A DNA stretch of 64,000 bases from Minisyncoccia bacterium (GTDB lineage Bacteria; Patescibacteriota; Minisyncoccia; Phycocordibacterales; PALSA-1337): assembly GCA_049997795.1 (NCBI GenBank), contig JBEKVT010000001.1, forward strand, positions 4,085 through 68,084, given 5' to 3'. The notes beneath the pieces were generated by a model, which was not told where the DNA came from, made no database searches, and saw only the letters and a program-made list of their open reading frames with translations. Every line of letters begins with the position of its first letter. Position 1 is the stretch's first letter. A program made the translations under genes and the position numbers. Shown here piece after piece: positions 51,580 to 60,841 of the stretch.

Positions 51580-52014
51580 TCACTGTAGCAGCTCCCTGAC
51601 TTCCTGCACTATCTGGTCAAGCGAGGTCACGGCCTTCAATATGAACTTCTGTGCTCCCAGCCTGTATGCCTTCTCGATGTCTCCCTTGCCGCTCAAGTTC
51701 GACAAGATTACGATCGGAACGGCCTTCAGGCGATCGTCCTGGCGGATCTTCTCCAAGACCTCGAATCCGTCCATGCCCGGCAAGACCAAGTCGATGAGGA
51801 TGGCGTCAGGGACCAGGCCCTCTAGGATCTTTAGGGCTTCTTCGCCGTTCGTCGTGTGGACGAGGTTGAACTTCGAAGAGATGAATTTCTCGCTCAGGAT
51901 CGTGCTTATCAGGCTGTCGTCTTCGATCCAAAGCAGCTTCTTCTGCTCACCAGCCGGAACAGCCGGCGCTTTCGCGTCATCATTCCGGTCTGTCGGGTGG
52001 GCTTTCTGGCTCAT
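51580..52014 (-). CDS. Single-domain response regulator (receiver only)
   Basis: WIEDD, ILID..LP..DG, ILSN and GA...I.K motifs. Confidence 0.88.
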   Translation of the reverse strand: MSQKAHPTDRNDDAKAPAVPAGEQKKLLWIEDDSLISTILSEKFISSKFNLVHTTNGEEALKILEGLVPDAILIDLVLPGMDGFEVLEKIRQDDRLKAVPIVILSNLSGKGDIEKAYRLGAQKFILKAVTSLDQIVQEVRELLQ

Positions 52015-52796
52015 TGGACCATTATACCATGTCCCGCCATCCCGAGCAGCTTCTCTTTCCACCCCCGCCCTCCCGGGCCATCGAGAAACAGCCCGGACGG
52101 GCATGTGGTCTTATGATTGATCTCGCAATGCCCGAATATCCTCTCTTTCGGGATGCTCGGATATCTCTCGCAGATGAGCCGGGCTAGCGCCTCCAGCACT
52201 TCCTTGCCCGGCGCCGAATGCTCGTAATCATTATCGAGACAGATGGCGACGCTCCTCCGGTTCATGTCCCAATCCCCCGCCTGCCACCCTATCTCATCGT
52301 CATTGAGCAGACGCTCGCACGTCCCGTCCATGCGCACCAGCCAGTGATACGGCCAGAAGACCTGCCTGCCGTTCCTGAAATGCCCGGAGTAGACAGGAGC
52401 GCCCTTGATCTCCTTGTTCGCCTCATACGTCGGTCCTTTCCCGGCATACTGCGGAGCATAGAGACGGACGAGCTCGATCGCCGAAAGGCGCTCTTTGGTC
52501 ATCCAGGGAGGGTTGCTCGTATGGTGGATGACGATGGCGTCGATCGGCTTGCGCTCCCGATCGAAATCCTTGCCGGCCGTCCCCAATGAGACGTTCCCGA
52601 GGCGCAATTGTTCTTCGACGAAGCTATATATCCTTTCTTTTTCCCGCTCATACGCCGGCTGGTCGGCATCACGCAGCTTGCCGAGGTCCTCCATGGCTTG
52701 GGAGACCCTCATATACCAAAGAGGGTCCTTCATGCTGCCATAGCCTCCCGCCTTGCCGTTCCCGAAAAAGTAGGCGTGCTTCGTTCCCTTCTTCAT
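52011..52796 (-). CDS. N-acetylmuramoyl-L-alanine amidase (Amidase_2/PGRP fold)
   Basis: IVIHHT, YH.LV..DG, GW.AG, N..SVAIC, GH.E and TTCP motifs. Confidence 0.85.
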   Translation of the reverse strand: MKKGTKHAYFFGNGKAGGYGSMKDPLWYMRVSQAMEDLGKLRDADQPAYEREKERIYSFVEEQLRLGNVSLGTAGKDFDRERKPIDAIVIHHTSNPPWMTKERLSAIELVRLYAPQYAGKGPTYEANKEIKGAPVYSGHFRNGRQVFWPYHWLVRMDGTCERLLNDDEIGWQAGDWDMNRRSVAICLDNDYEHSAPGKEVLEALARLICERYPSIPKERIFGHCEINHKTTCPSGLFLDGPGGRGWKEKLLGMAGHGIMVQ

Positions 52797-52957
52797 GATG
52801 ATCTCTATAAAAGATTATGATAAGCGACACTTACTTTAACAAAAAACGCCGCGGGCGCAAACTCTCCGGCGGAACGGCTTGACTTGCCGCGGTCCGCTGA
52901 TTAGACTCCCCATAGCACAACAACCCATCGCAAATTGAAATCCCGGAGAACCATACA

Positions 52958-53419
52958 GTGAATATCAACGAATTCTACGCCGTAACCTTGACCTCTGTGT
53001 ATCATGTCAGGGCGCTCGGGAATTACCGGGCGTCCGCCGTCAAGATCGCCCTGAAAGGCAATAGCCAGGTGCAGGTCGGCCACGATATCGCGGAAGGCGG
53101 CATGATCGCGATCTGCAGGGACTTGCAGGGATATGTCCCTGAAAAATACGGTTTCAGCCACCCGATGACCGGCTTTGAGCGCAGGCTCGAACTGGTCAAC
53201 GGCCAGTGGTGGAGAGGGGGGACATCGCCGATCGTCGCTCTCTTCAAGACCGAGGAGGAGGCGACCGCATGCCTTAACAGCAAAAATCTGCGGCCCCGCG
53301 ACCCCCGTTGGATCGATTCGACGAGACGGGTGATGGAAGAGATCGGCGACGCGCACCCGTCATTCTACGTCTGCCACTACAGGGGGATGGAGCTTCTGGA
53401 GGCCGCCGCGGCGGCATGA
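52958..53419 (+). CDS. Hypothetical protein
   Basis: 153-aa ORF with a GTG start after GGAG, an upstream TTGACT...TAGACT promoter and a downstream terminator. Confidence 0.65.
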   Translation: MNINEFYAVTLTSVYHVRALGNYRASAVKIALKGNSQVQVGHDIAEGGMIAICRDLQGYVPEKYGFSHPMTGFERRLELVNGQWWRGGTSPIVALFKTEEEATACLNSKNLRPRDPRWIDSTRRVMEEIGDAHPSFYVCHYRGMELLEAAAAA

Positions 53420-53436
53420 ATGACCTCGTCTCTTCC

Positions 53437-53462
53437 AAGCCGGTGCTAGCACCGGCTTTTTT
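53437..53462 (+). terminator. Intrinsic terminator
   Basis: AAGCCGGTGC-TA-GCACCGGCTT followed by TTTT. Confidence 0.75.
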
Positions 53463-53519
53463 GATCGCCGGCTGGCCTATTGACTGGGCTCCGTTTAGGC
53501 CTAAAGTTATGGATAATCC

Positions 53520-54446
53520 ATGGACACGGCGATCGCTCCAAAAACCGTCATCGATTGTTATTCCTTCCTCGACGCCTTCGCGTCGTGCGGCGTATACGAC
53601 TACACCGAGGGCAAATACAATGGCGATCCTGCCGTATCTTATGAACAGGCGCAAGCGAACCAGGCCGAGTATCTGCTCGACCAGGCGGGCTGCGGCCAGG
53701 GATCCAAGCTCCTCGACATCGGCTGCGGCAATGGCCGGATCCTCGAGGCCGCCAAGGGGCGCGGCGCCTCCGCCATCGGCATAACCATCTCGCCCGAACA
53801 GGCAATGAAGAACAACGCTAAAGGATTGGAGACCGTCCTCCTCAATTACAAGGACATCCCTGAGTCATGGGACGGGCGATTCGATTGCATCATAGCCAAC
53901 GGATCGATCGAGCATTTCGTCCAGATTGAAGACGTCCTGGCTGGCCGGCAGAGCAAGATCTATTCGGAGATGTTCGCCGTCATGGACAGGATATTGAAGC
54001 CGAACGGCAGGGCCGTCACCACGGTCATCCACCTCCGGCTCTCCGTCGATCCGCGCGAGGTGGCGAGAGGCCCCGGCGCTTTCAGGCGCGGCACTGCCCT
54101 TTTCCACAGCGCCCAGCTCACGCGGGACCTCGGCGGCTGGTATCCAGCGAAGGACGAGCTCATCGGATGCGTCCGCCCTTATTTCCGCCTGGTGCGGCGC
54201 GAAGACGGGACGGACGATTATCGGCGGACTTCGGAGGATTGGATGAGGGCCTGGAAAAGGATCATCCTGACGAACCCCCGATCATGGATCATCTTCGCGG
54301 GCAAGCTCATCCGGCATCCGAGGCACACGATCGGATTCCTCGACGACCTGCTCGTCTCCAAGTCCTGGGCGACCCAGTTCTGGGATTGGCAGGGCCAAGG
54401 GACGCCGACCTATCTGTTCAGGGATACGTGGGAGAAGCTCTCTTGA
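53520..54446 (+). CDS. SAM-dependent methyltransferase, cyclopropane-fatty-acyl-phospholipid synthase-like
   Basis: Y..G.Y, EQAQ, LLDIGCG.G, GITISPEQ, FD.I...G..EH and DY.RT...W motifs. Confidence 0.8.
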   Translation: MDTAIAPKTVIDCYSFLDAFASCGVYDYTEGKYNGDPAVSYEQAQANQAEYLLDQAGCGQGSKLLDIGCGNGRILEAAKGRGASAIGITISPEQAMKNNAKGLETVLLNYKDIPESWDGRFDCIIANGSIEHFVQIEDVLAGRQSKIYSEMFAVMDRILKPNGRAVTTVIHLRLSVDPREVARGPGAFRRGTALFHSAQLTRDLGGWYPAKDELIGCVRPYFRLVRREDGTDDYRRTSEDWMRAWKRIILTNPRSWIIFAGKLIRHPRHTIGFLDDLLVSKSWATQFWDWQGQGTPTYLFRDTWEKLS

Positions 54447-54552
54447 ACCCGGCCATCGTCGTATAGGGAGTCAGACATCAGGGCCCGTCGCGTCCGGTAT
54501 GGGACCGGAAACATCATTGACATACCCGCCGACATAATATATAACGATAATC

Positions 54553-55650
54553 ATGAATATCGTAGCCCGGAACAGGCCGACAATCTCGCTGGGGACGCTG
54601 GGCATCGCAGGCGCCTGCGCTGTCCTCGCTATAGCCCTTTTTGCCGTTACCGCTCCGAAAGTCCATGCTTTTGGCCATAATTTCGGCGGGGATAGTTATA
54701 ACAACAATAGCGGCAGCCACAACGGCAATGGGGGCGGTTTTCCAAACAGTGGAGGCAATAACAATGGGAGCGGAAATAATTGGGGCAGTAACAATGGCGG
54801 TAACGGCAACGGTCGGAATAACAATAATAATGGCGGCGGCCAAAACAACAACACCGGCGGGCCCGATTCACATTGGCTGGACCATCGGATCACCCAGCCC
54901 CCTTTTCAGAATTATCATTACCCCGTTCCGTCTTTTCCACATTTTGACCATCCTCATTACCAGCCGCCCGTGATCCAACCAGTCACATATTATCAGCCGA
55001 CCCAATATATCTATCAGTCGGTTCCGACTTATTCCTATCAAAGCTATCCAGACTATTATCAGTATCCCACTAGCTACAGTTACCCGACTACGTACTATCA
55101 GCAACCGACTCAGATATACGCATATCAGACGCCTTCATACCCCTACTACACGAATAACCAATATACCGTCACCGGCCAATCCAATAATTCGAATGAACTG
55201 AACATCAGCTGCTCCGCCGAACCTTCCGCGTCAGCCGTCGGCCAGCCCGTCACGTGGACCGCCACGGTCACCGGCGGCGCGGCGCCTTACACGTACTCGT
55301 GGTCCGGATCCGACGGGATCTCCGGCTCGCAGGGCTCGGTCACGAAGTATTACGATTCCGCCGGCGAGAAAACCGCCATAGTCATGGTGACTTCCGCAAA
55401 CGGCCTGACCAGCACACATCCTTGCGACAACACGTTGACGGTGCAGGGCGGCGGCCAGGGAGCCTATCTCCCGCAGACCGGCGCTGCCGCTCCCTCGCAG
55501 ACACCGGTCGAGAACGGCAACCCGAATGCGGCCGCGGCCGCGCTCTCCAACGTCCCTTGGGGATGGCTAGCGTCCCTCATCATCCTGGTGCTTCTTGGGA
55601 CGATGGCGTATCTTCTGTTCGAGCGCCAAAAGGTAAAGATCAGTCCTTGA
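54553..55650 (+). CDS. Surface protein: signal, Gly/Asn- and Tyr/Pro/Gln-rich tracts, PKD-like domain, C-terminal TM anchor
   Basis: Low-complexity tracts, then ISC...P....GQ.VTW.A...GG..PYTYSWSG.DG and a TM near the C-terminus. Confidence 0.8.
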   Translation: MNIVARNRPTISLGTLGIAGACAVLAIALFAVTAPKVHAFGHNFGGDSYNNNSGSHNGNGGGFPNSGGNNNGSGNNWGSNNGGNGNGRNNNNNGGGQNNNTGGPDSHWLDHRITQPPFQNYHYPVPSFPHFDHPHYQPPVIQPVTYYQPTQYIYQSVPTYSYQSYPDYYQYPTSYSYPTTYYQQPTQIYAYQTPSYPYYTNNQYTVTGQSNNSNELNISCSAEPSASAVGQPVTWTATVTGGAAPYTYSWSGSDGISGSQGSVTKYYDSAGEKTAIVMVTSANGLTSTHPCDNTLTVQGGGQGAYLPQTGAAAPSQTPVENGNPNAAAAALSNVPWGWLASLIILVLLGTMAYLLFERQKVKISP

Positions 55651-56062
55651 ATAGCTCTCTATACTTCTCCCATTCCCCTTCTTCGATGTCACGGAAGATC
55701 TCCTTCTCGTGGATCTGTGATTTTTGATAAAGCTCGTCGTCCAGCTCTCTGGGACGAAGGTGGAAGTGAAGGTGGCTCACCTTAAGCTTGCTGTCAGGTA
55801 TGAAGGGCCGAAAATTTTGACAGATGTCACAACCCTTAGCGAAGCTGTTGAGGATTTTTTCTTGTACGTTCACCACTTCCTCAAGGAGGCCGTCCCTTTC
55901 TTCTTTTGTAAGCTCGCTTAATCTTTCTACATGACGCTTTGGTATGACCAGTAGATGTCCGGGCATTAATCGTGGATTGCTCAAGACGGTAAGAGCGTAT
56001 TTTGTGTCATGGATTATCTGCTCGCCATCATGGGCGATGATCTTGCAGAATCGGCATTCCAT
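55640..56062 (-). CDS. HIT family hydrolase
   Basis: C.FC.I, PGH.LVIPK.H and the HLHFH histidine triad. Confidence 0.92.
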   Translation of the reverse strand: MECRFCKIIAHDGEQIIHDTKYALTVLSNPRLMPGHLLVIPKRHVERLSELTKEERDGLLEEVVNVQEKILNSFAKGCDICQNFRPFIPDSKLKVSHLHFHLRPRELDDELYQKSQIHEKEIFRDIEEGEWEKYRELFKD

Positions 56063-56097
56063 TCATCTATTATAGCAGAAGTCCCGTCTCAAAACGT

Positions 56098-56127
56098 CGG
56101 TCGGCTGCATGGCACGATGTTGGAACC
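56098..56127 (+). repeat. Array repeat R1
   Basis: CGGTCGGCTGCATGGCACGATGTTGGAACC; frame reads RSAAWHDVGTIVQREVEEYLWQDSCQP-stop. Confidence 0.85.
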
Positions 56128-56248
56128 ATTGTGCAACGGGAGGTGGAGGAGTATCTATGGCAAGACTCCTGCCAACCCTGACTAGCAACCTCTATAACCA
56201 CACATCCTTATTTTATCTTCTTCCGTATATATCCTCCGCAACCTAAAT

Positions 56249-56443
56249 TTATTTCTTTCCTTTTATATTAATCAGGACCAGGCAGATGATTATAAAAATT
56301 ATTGAAACACAAAACATGATCCAAGAGTATGAAATCGCATGCTGATTTTGAGTAATCTTCCAAACATTTATTATGCTCATCAGACCGATCCCTATCCAAA
56401 AACTGATAGCCCACTCCAATTGTCTTTTGCTTTTATTTATCAT
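56249..56443 (-). CDS. Small 2-TM membrane protein (module 1)
   Basis: 64 aa, AT-rich; its ATG overlaps the upstream stop; FWIG.G..S.IN motif. Confidence 0.65.
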   Translation of the reverse strand: MINKSKRQLEWAISFWIGIGLMSIINVWKITQNQHAISYSWIMFCVSIIFIIICLVLINIKGKK

Positions 56444-56628
56444 TTTTTAACTCTTTTTAGCAATATGATATTCAATAATAATCCCATGACTGCAACCCCG
56501 ATTATCCCATAGTTATAAAGCAATATATTGCCCTGCGGAGTATGTCGATAATTCATAATGAGATTTATAAGACTATAAACACCTCCTCCAATCCAGAATC
56601 CTATCCCATATTTATATATTTCATTCAT
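56440..56628 (-). CDS. Small 2-TM membrane protein (module 1), paralog of its neighbour
   Basis: 62 aa, AAGGAGG upstream; FWIG.G..S.IN motif. Confidence 0.65.
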   Translation of the reverse strand: MNEIYKYGIGFWIGGGVYSLINLIMNYRHTPQGNILLYNYGIIGVAVMGLLLNIILLKRVKK

Positions 56629-56676
56629 TATATAATCTTATCCTCCTTATGATCATTATCCCTTGATTTCCATGAT

Positions 56677-56706
56677 TGGCTGGCAGTGTGGTACAACGTT
56701 GGAACC
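56677..56706 (+). repeat. Array repeat R2
   Basis: TGGCTGGCAGTGTGGTACAACGTTGGAACC; frame reads WLAVWYNVGTIMQRELK-stop. Confidence 0.9.
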
Positions 56707-56733
56707 ATTATGCAACGAGAATTGAAATGATGT

Positions 56734-56967
56734 CTATCGCGGGGCCGGCAAGCCGGCGCTCTTGTAGCACACATTCTCGCATGATTGTTCCTGCTTCGCC
56801 GCCGCATCCCTGCCCGATGAGTCAAAAACGCCCTGGCACAGAACGACACAGTCGCCTACCGCGGTCGTCGCTTCTTGGTCTTGGTTATGGCTATGTATCC
56901 CGATCTCTATGCCGATCAAGATAAGGATGACGACGATTATCAAGATCAACGCCTGCGTTTTTGTCAT
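56734..56967 (-). CDS. Small membrane-anchored protein with two CxxxC motifs (module 2)
   Basis: N-terminal TM, CVVLC and CENVC. Confidence 0.65.
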   Translation of the reverse strand: MTKTQALILIIVVILILIGIEIGIHSHNQDQEATTAVGDCVVLCQGVFDSSGRDAAAKQEQSCENVCYKSAGLPAPR

Positions 56968-56996
56968 GTTTTTTCTTTATCTATCCCTATTCTTCC

Positions 56997-58028
56997 TCAC
57001 TGGACCGCCGAGGACGCGCCGACTGAAAACGTCGCCGTGTCGCCGCTTATCTCTGTGAGTTTGATGCCGTAGTTCGGAGTGCTATATGTTTGGCCGACGG
57101 AAAGAGTCTGCGGCGTGATCGGAACGACGGCGATCATGCAGCGGATCCGGGGCGGCTTGTCCGACGGGAATGAGTTCCAGCATCCGACCGGCGTGATCTC
57201 TATGGTCGCCGAAGACGGGGATAGGTCTTGCAAAGTGAAGTAAAAGCTCTCGTTTCTAACCTCCGCGATGCCGCCCTGCCGTAACGACACGCTTCCGGGC
57301 ACATCGAGCTCCTTGATGGCGGAAGGAACATCAAGGTCTCCCTGCGGCTCAGTGCTCGCGTAGGCATCCGCCTCCGCTTGTAGCGCGGCGGACAGGACCG
57401 AGGGATCAACGGAGGCTCCCGCAAGCGAGACGGTCTTCGCGAGGACGCCGGCGTTGCTCCCTCCCCCGTCGCCGACGACGAGAAAGTCCGTCGTGCTCAA
57501 GGGAATGATGCTCGTATCGAAGCGGCGGCCGCTCGGTAACATGATGAGGCCAGACATCGTGGCGTTCGAGATGTCCGCCGTGGTGGTCGCGCCCGAAGTC
57601 CCCGAGCTTGTCCCCTCCGGATATGCGACCATCCATTGCCCTGATGCGGGACTATAGAAATATTTCGTCTGAGCGATCGGGCTCGCGTGGCCGTTTTGCT
57701 CGTCGGTTATCGTTTGGGCCGCTGAATCGACGACGTAGATCATTACGCCTCCCGGAGAACCGACTTGGAGCGTTTTTACCAGGGTACCTCCGGGAAACAA
57801 CGCCGTATCCTTCGTGGTTGTCGAGAGGATTTGCCAGGAGCTCGGGTACCAAAAAGCGAAGCCGAGATCCGGATCGGTGTATCGGATCATGCCGTAGGTA
57901 TCGGCCGTGGGAGCGCCTGTCGGAGAAGATGTTCGCGGGCGAATGAGGAAATACGCTCCACCGCCGACTATGAGCAGCGCGAGCACGACGAGCGCCCACG
58001 TCTCGACCTTGCCGAGTTGATTCTTCAT
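56997..58028 (-). CDS. Membrane-anchored exported hypothetical protein (module 2)
   Basis: TM, Y.D..LGF.F.YP..W (PsbP-like start) and a C-terminal Cys pair; TACAAT 7 nt before the ATG. Confidence 0.75.
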   Translation of the reverse strand: MKNQLGKVETWALVVLALLIVGGGAYFLIRPRTSSPTGAPTADTYGMIRYTDPDLGFAFWYPSSWQILSTTTKDTALFPGGTLVKTLQVGSPGGVMIYVVDSAAQTITDEQNGHASPIAQTKYFYSPASGQWMVAYPEGTSSGTSGATTTADISNATMSGLIMLPSGRRFDTSIIPLSTTDFLVVGDGGGSNAGVLAKTVSLAGASVDPSVLSAALQAEADAYASTEPQGDLDVPSAIKELDVPGSVSLRQGGIAEVRNESFYFTLQDLSPSSATIEITPVGCWNSFPSDKPPRIRCMIAVVPITPQTLSVGQTYSTPNYGIKLTEISGDTATFSVGASSAVQ

Positions 58029-58043
58029 ATCTTCAATTGTAGC

Positions 58044-58073
58044 ATTCTAGCTGCGTGGTGCTATGTTGGAACC
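58044..58073 (+). repeat. Array repeat R3
   Basis: ATTCTAGCTGCGTGGTGCTATGTTGGAACC; frame reads ILAAWCYVGTFL; the module 3 gene stop lies 3 nt away. Confidence 0.85.
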
Positions 58074-58076
58074 TTT

Positions 58077-60119
58077 TTAACGTTTTGTCACCCCGATCTT
58101 TATGTTCCCGTCGGCAAAATTACCAGCCCGATCAAAAGCTCGTACGGTGATGACATGCGTCCCTATGGGAAGCGAGACGGAGAGCGGCGATGCGGCGGGC
58201 AAGAAAACGCCGTCGTCAAATCGGACGTAATAATTTCCTTGCAAACCGCTTGAATTATCTTGGCTTTCGAATGCCAGCCGTATCACCTCGCCCTCGGATA
58301 CCGCGGTTTTGCTCGCTTTGATGACGGGTTGCAATGGCGGCGTCGTGTCTATCATCACCTTATAATTGGAGACTGCGCCGCTCGTCCCGTTTTTTACCGG
58401 CGCGATATGGAAGTAATAGATGCCATCGGTAAGGCCGGAAAAAGAAACCGAGTCCGCGGATGTCGTGCTTGCTCCAACGAGAGAAGAAGCCGTAGGTATG
58501 TTGTCAAGTGAATAAAGATAGTGATAGCCGTTAGAGGTTATCCACGTAAAGAGGCCGTCCGGCTCGTTGTACCATCGCGCGCTATTGGGATATGTTGGAG
58601 AAAAGACCGGGATCGAGGAAGTGCTATTGTATATCGTCGATTTATCGACAATGCGATAACTGCCATCGGTGGCAAGGCGGAGGACGTCTGTGCCTAATTC
58701 ATCATTCGCCAATATCCGCGTACTTGTACTGAAATGCAACGTCACCTCTCCTTCCTTAAGAGGCTGTAGGACGAGCGTGAACACGTTCCCGTTTAGTCCG
58801 GAAAAGCCCGGGGTCAGAAGGCCGCAAGTCACTCGCACCTCGCCGCGTTTATTATCAATGCTTTTTTCCAGAAACATCGTCGGCGCGCAAAAAGAGTCCG
58901 CGGTGATGATATCTACCACCCGGATCCTTGCCGAATCATAAGTCAAATCGACCTGGGCAACATTAATGGCTTCTCCGCCCGTCAATACATCTATCGCTAC
59001 CTGTTGTTCGGATGATCTGCTCCAGGCGGCGAAGCTCGGGTCGAGCGTCAGAGTAGAATTATAAATCGTGTAAGGCGGTCTTCGGATGGAAAGCGAATGG
59101 TTGTAAAGCAGCGAGCTGTCGACAGAAAAGGCCGCGACCAAGACGATGGAAGAACAAATGATCAAGATGATACGCTCTATCGCGTGGCGCTTTTTTGTCG
59201 CCCCGCGAGTATGGAAAAAAAAGACAATGAGGACGAAGATGAGGGCGACGATCGAGGAAAAGATCGCGGCCTGCACGGTATAGCCAGCTGGATAAAGGAT
59301 GAGCATCCCTCCAGGACTTTCATAAAGGCCGTGGAAGACGAGATTTTTTATGAAATACGCCCTCCCTTCTACGATCGCCTCACGGTCAGATTGCCCTTTT
59401 TGGACCCAATCGGAGCCCGTGTTGAAATACGCCGCAAGCAGGAGCTTGGTGTTCGGATCCCCGAAGGTCGTTCCGACCACGCCGTCCTGTTTCGAATAGA
59501 AGATGAGATTCTCTCCGTCAGTCAAATATCTGCTCTTAAAGGCGCCGGCATAGGCGTCGTCAACCGAGTAGCCGCCGAACACGGCTCCTATCGTCCGGCC
59601 ATTGTCGATCACTGGGTAGCCGGCGATAACCAAGAGCGAGACTGAGCTGCCGCGCTCTATAGAGATCACGGGTTTCCCTTCCGCCACCCTGCGCCCATAG
59701 CTTGTCGCCTGAAATATATAATCTCCGCTACGAGAGGAAGCCGGGGTTTGTGACAGGACTATCCCTCTGTCATCCGTAACAATGATGGTGTCGAGGCGGT
59801 GAATGGTTTGCTCGCTCTGTAGCGTTGAGGCGAGATGCGAGATGTCTCTCGTCTCAATGAGCTTCGCAAGACTGGAAGAGGTGGCGATCTCTCCCGCTTG
59901 TTGAAACACGTATCGTGAATCGGCATCAAGACCGCGCTGTATTTGCCCGACTGCGCTGTCGAAGAATCTCACTTCGAACCAGTGCGTGACCTGATATGAA
60001 AAAAGCGACACTATCGAAAACGCGACGACCGTCGCCGCCATCACGATAAGGATGAATCTTTCTTGTCGTGCGAATTTTATGATCCGGACAAACATCTCGC
60101 TTATATGAAGGCCTTGCAA
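58077..60119 (-). CDS. Membrane protein: Cache-like sensor domain, cohesin-like domain and Ig-like repeats (module 3)
   Basis: TM, then I.VTD..G.VL / PV...G..IG.V (Cache-like), two TMs, IN....L.YD...G (cohesin-like), ID.TPP and VRAFD.AGN. Confidence 0.7.
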   Translation of the reverse strand: MQGLHISEMFVRIIKFARQERFILIVMAATVVAFSIVSLFSYQVTHWFEVRFFDSAVGQIQRGLDADSRYVFQQAGEIATSSSLAKLIETRDISHLASTLQSEQTIHRLDTIIVTDDRGIVLSQTPASSRSGDYIFQATSYGRRVAEGKPVISIERGSSVSLLVIAGYPVIDNGRTIGAVFGGYSVDDAYAGAFKSRYLTDGENLIFYSKQDGVVGTTFGDPNTKLLLAAYFNTGSDWVQKGQSDREAIVEGRAYFIKNLVFHGLYESPGGMLILYPAGYTVQAAIFSSIVALIFVLIVFFFHTRGATKKRHAIERIILIICSSIVLVAAFSVDSSLLYNHSLSIRRPPYTIYNSTLTLDPSFAAWSRSSEQQVAIDVLTGGEAINVAQVDLTYDSARIRVVDIITADSFCAPTMFLEKSIDNKRGEVRVTCGLLTPGFSGLNGNVFTLVLQPLKEGEVTLHFSTSTRILANDELGTDVLRLATDGSYRIVDKSTIYNSTSSIPVFSPTYPNSARWYNEPDGLFTWITSNGYHYLYSLDNIPTASSLVGASTTSADSVSFSGLTDGIYYFHIAPVKNGTSGAVSNYKVMIDTTPPLQPVIKASKTAVSEGEVIRLAFESQDNSSGLQGNYYVRFDDGVFLPAASPLSVSLPIGTHVITVRAFDRAGNFADGNIKIGVTKR

Positions 60120-60271
60120 TATGCTTTTATAGTATCACAGTATTCGAAATGAGGATTCACTCGGAATCGGTCCAGATTTCGCCCAGTGACTTCTATTCCT
60201 CGGGCTCGAACAAACCCCCGTGGCGTGGCTCAAAATATGGTGGTGCTTCGGTCTCCGATACTAAATTTATT

Positions 60272-60301
60272 TGGCTGGCCGTGTGGTACGAAGTTGGAAC
60301 T
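60272..60301 (+). repeat. Array repeat R4
   Basis: TGGCTGGCCGTGTGGTACGAAGTTGGAACT; frame reads WLAVWYEVGTFIS-stop; the module 4 gene stop lies 1 nt away. Confidence 0.9.
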
Positions 60302-60302
60302 T

Positions 60303-60749
60303 TTATTTCTTAAGCATCTTCCTCAATTTGTCGATAACAGCCTTCTCCCAATACTTCATCGAGTACCATCTTATTAATGGTCTTGCGACGATACGCAGCC
60401 AAGGCCTATGGATAGAGACCTGATACGTATAGTCAATGATGGTTCCCTCTGGGTTCTCGGAAAGCAAGAGTTCTTCATGCCCGGAAGTCCCGAACTTGGG
60501 GTTTTCGTTGTCTGAACTGAATCCTCTTCCGGGGATGATCCGAGTCATCATCCTTACTGGGAATAGCCGCCCGAACGACTTCACTCCGGCTTCCATCTCC
60601 AGATAATTCTCTTCGCGTTTCGTGACTTTGATCGATTCGGCGACCTTCGGGAAATATAATGGGAACTTCTCAAAATCGGTTATTATCTTGAAGACTTGTT
60701 CTCTAGGTGCTTTGACAAGCCATCGGCCGTGGAGAGTGATTTCTTTCAT
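60303..60749 (-). CDS. SRPBCC/polyketide cyclase-like protein (module 4)
   Basis: V.AP.E.VF..I.DFE..P.YFP.V N-terminal motif; fills 447 nt of the 500-bp module. Confidence 0.82.
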   Translation of the reverse strand: MKEITLHGRWLVKAPREQVFKIITDFEKFPLYFPKVAESIKVTKREENYLEMEAGVKSFGRLFPVRMMTRIIPGRGFSSDNENPKFGTSGHEELLLSENPEGTIIDYTYQVSIHRPWLRIVARPLIRWYSMKYWEKAVIDKLRKMLKK

Positions 60750-60771
60750 GATTCAAGTATATCAAAAAAAT

Positions 60772-60801
60772 TTGTTAGCTGCGTGGTACGATGTTGGAAC
60801 C
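60772..60801 (+). repeat. Array repeat R5
   Basis: TTGTTAGCTGCGTGGTACGATGTTGGAACC; frame reads LLAAWYDVGTIMPDTQSKQISYGFS-stop. Confidence 0.9.
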
Positions 60802-60841
60802 ATTATGCCCGATACTCAATCAAAACAGATCTCGTATGGTT

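Noticed and set aside
54680-55160. AAC/AAT/GGC and TAT/CAG-rich tracts as DNA repeats or a DGR variable region
   Set aside because: They are in-frame low-complexity Gly/Asn and Tyr/Pro/Gln coding sequence. No template repeat or reverse transcriptase was seen.
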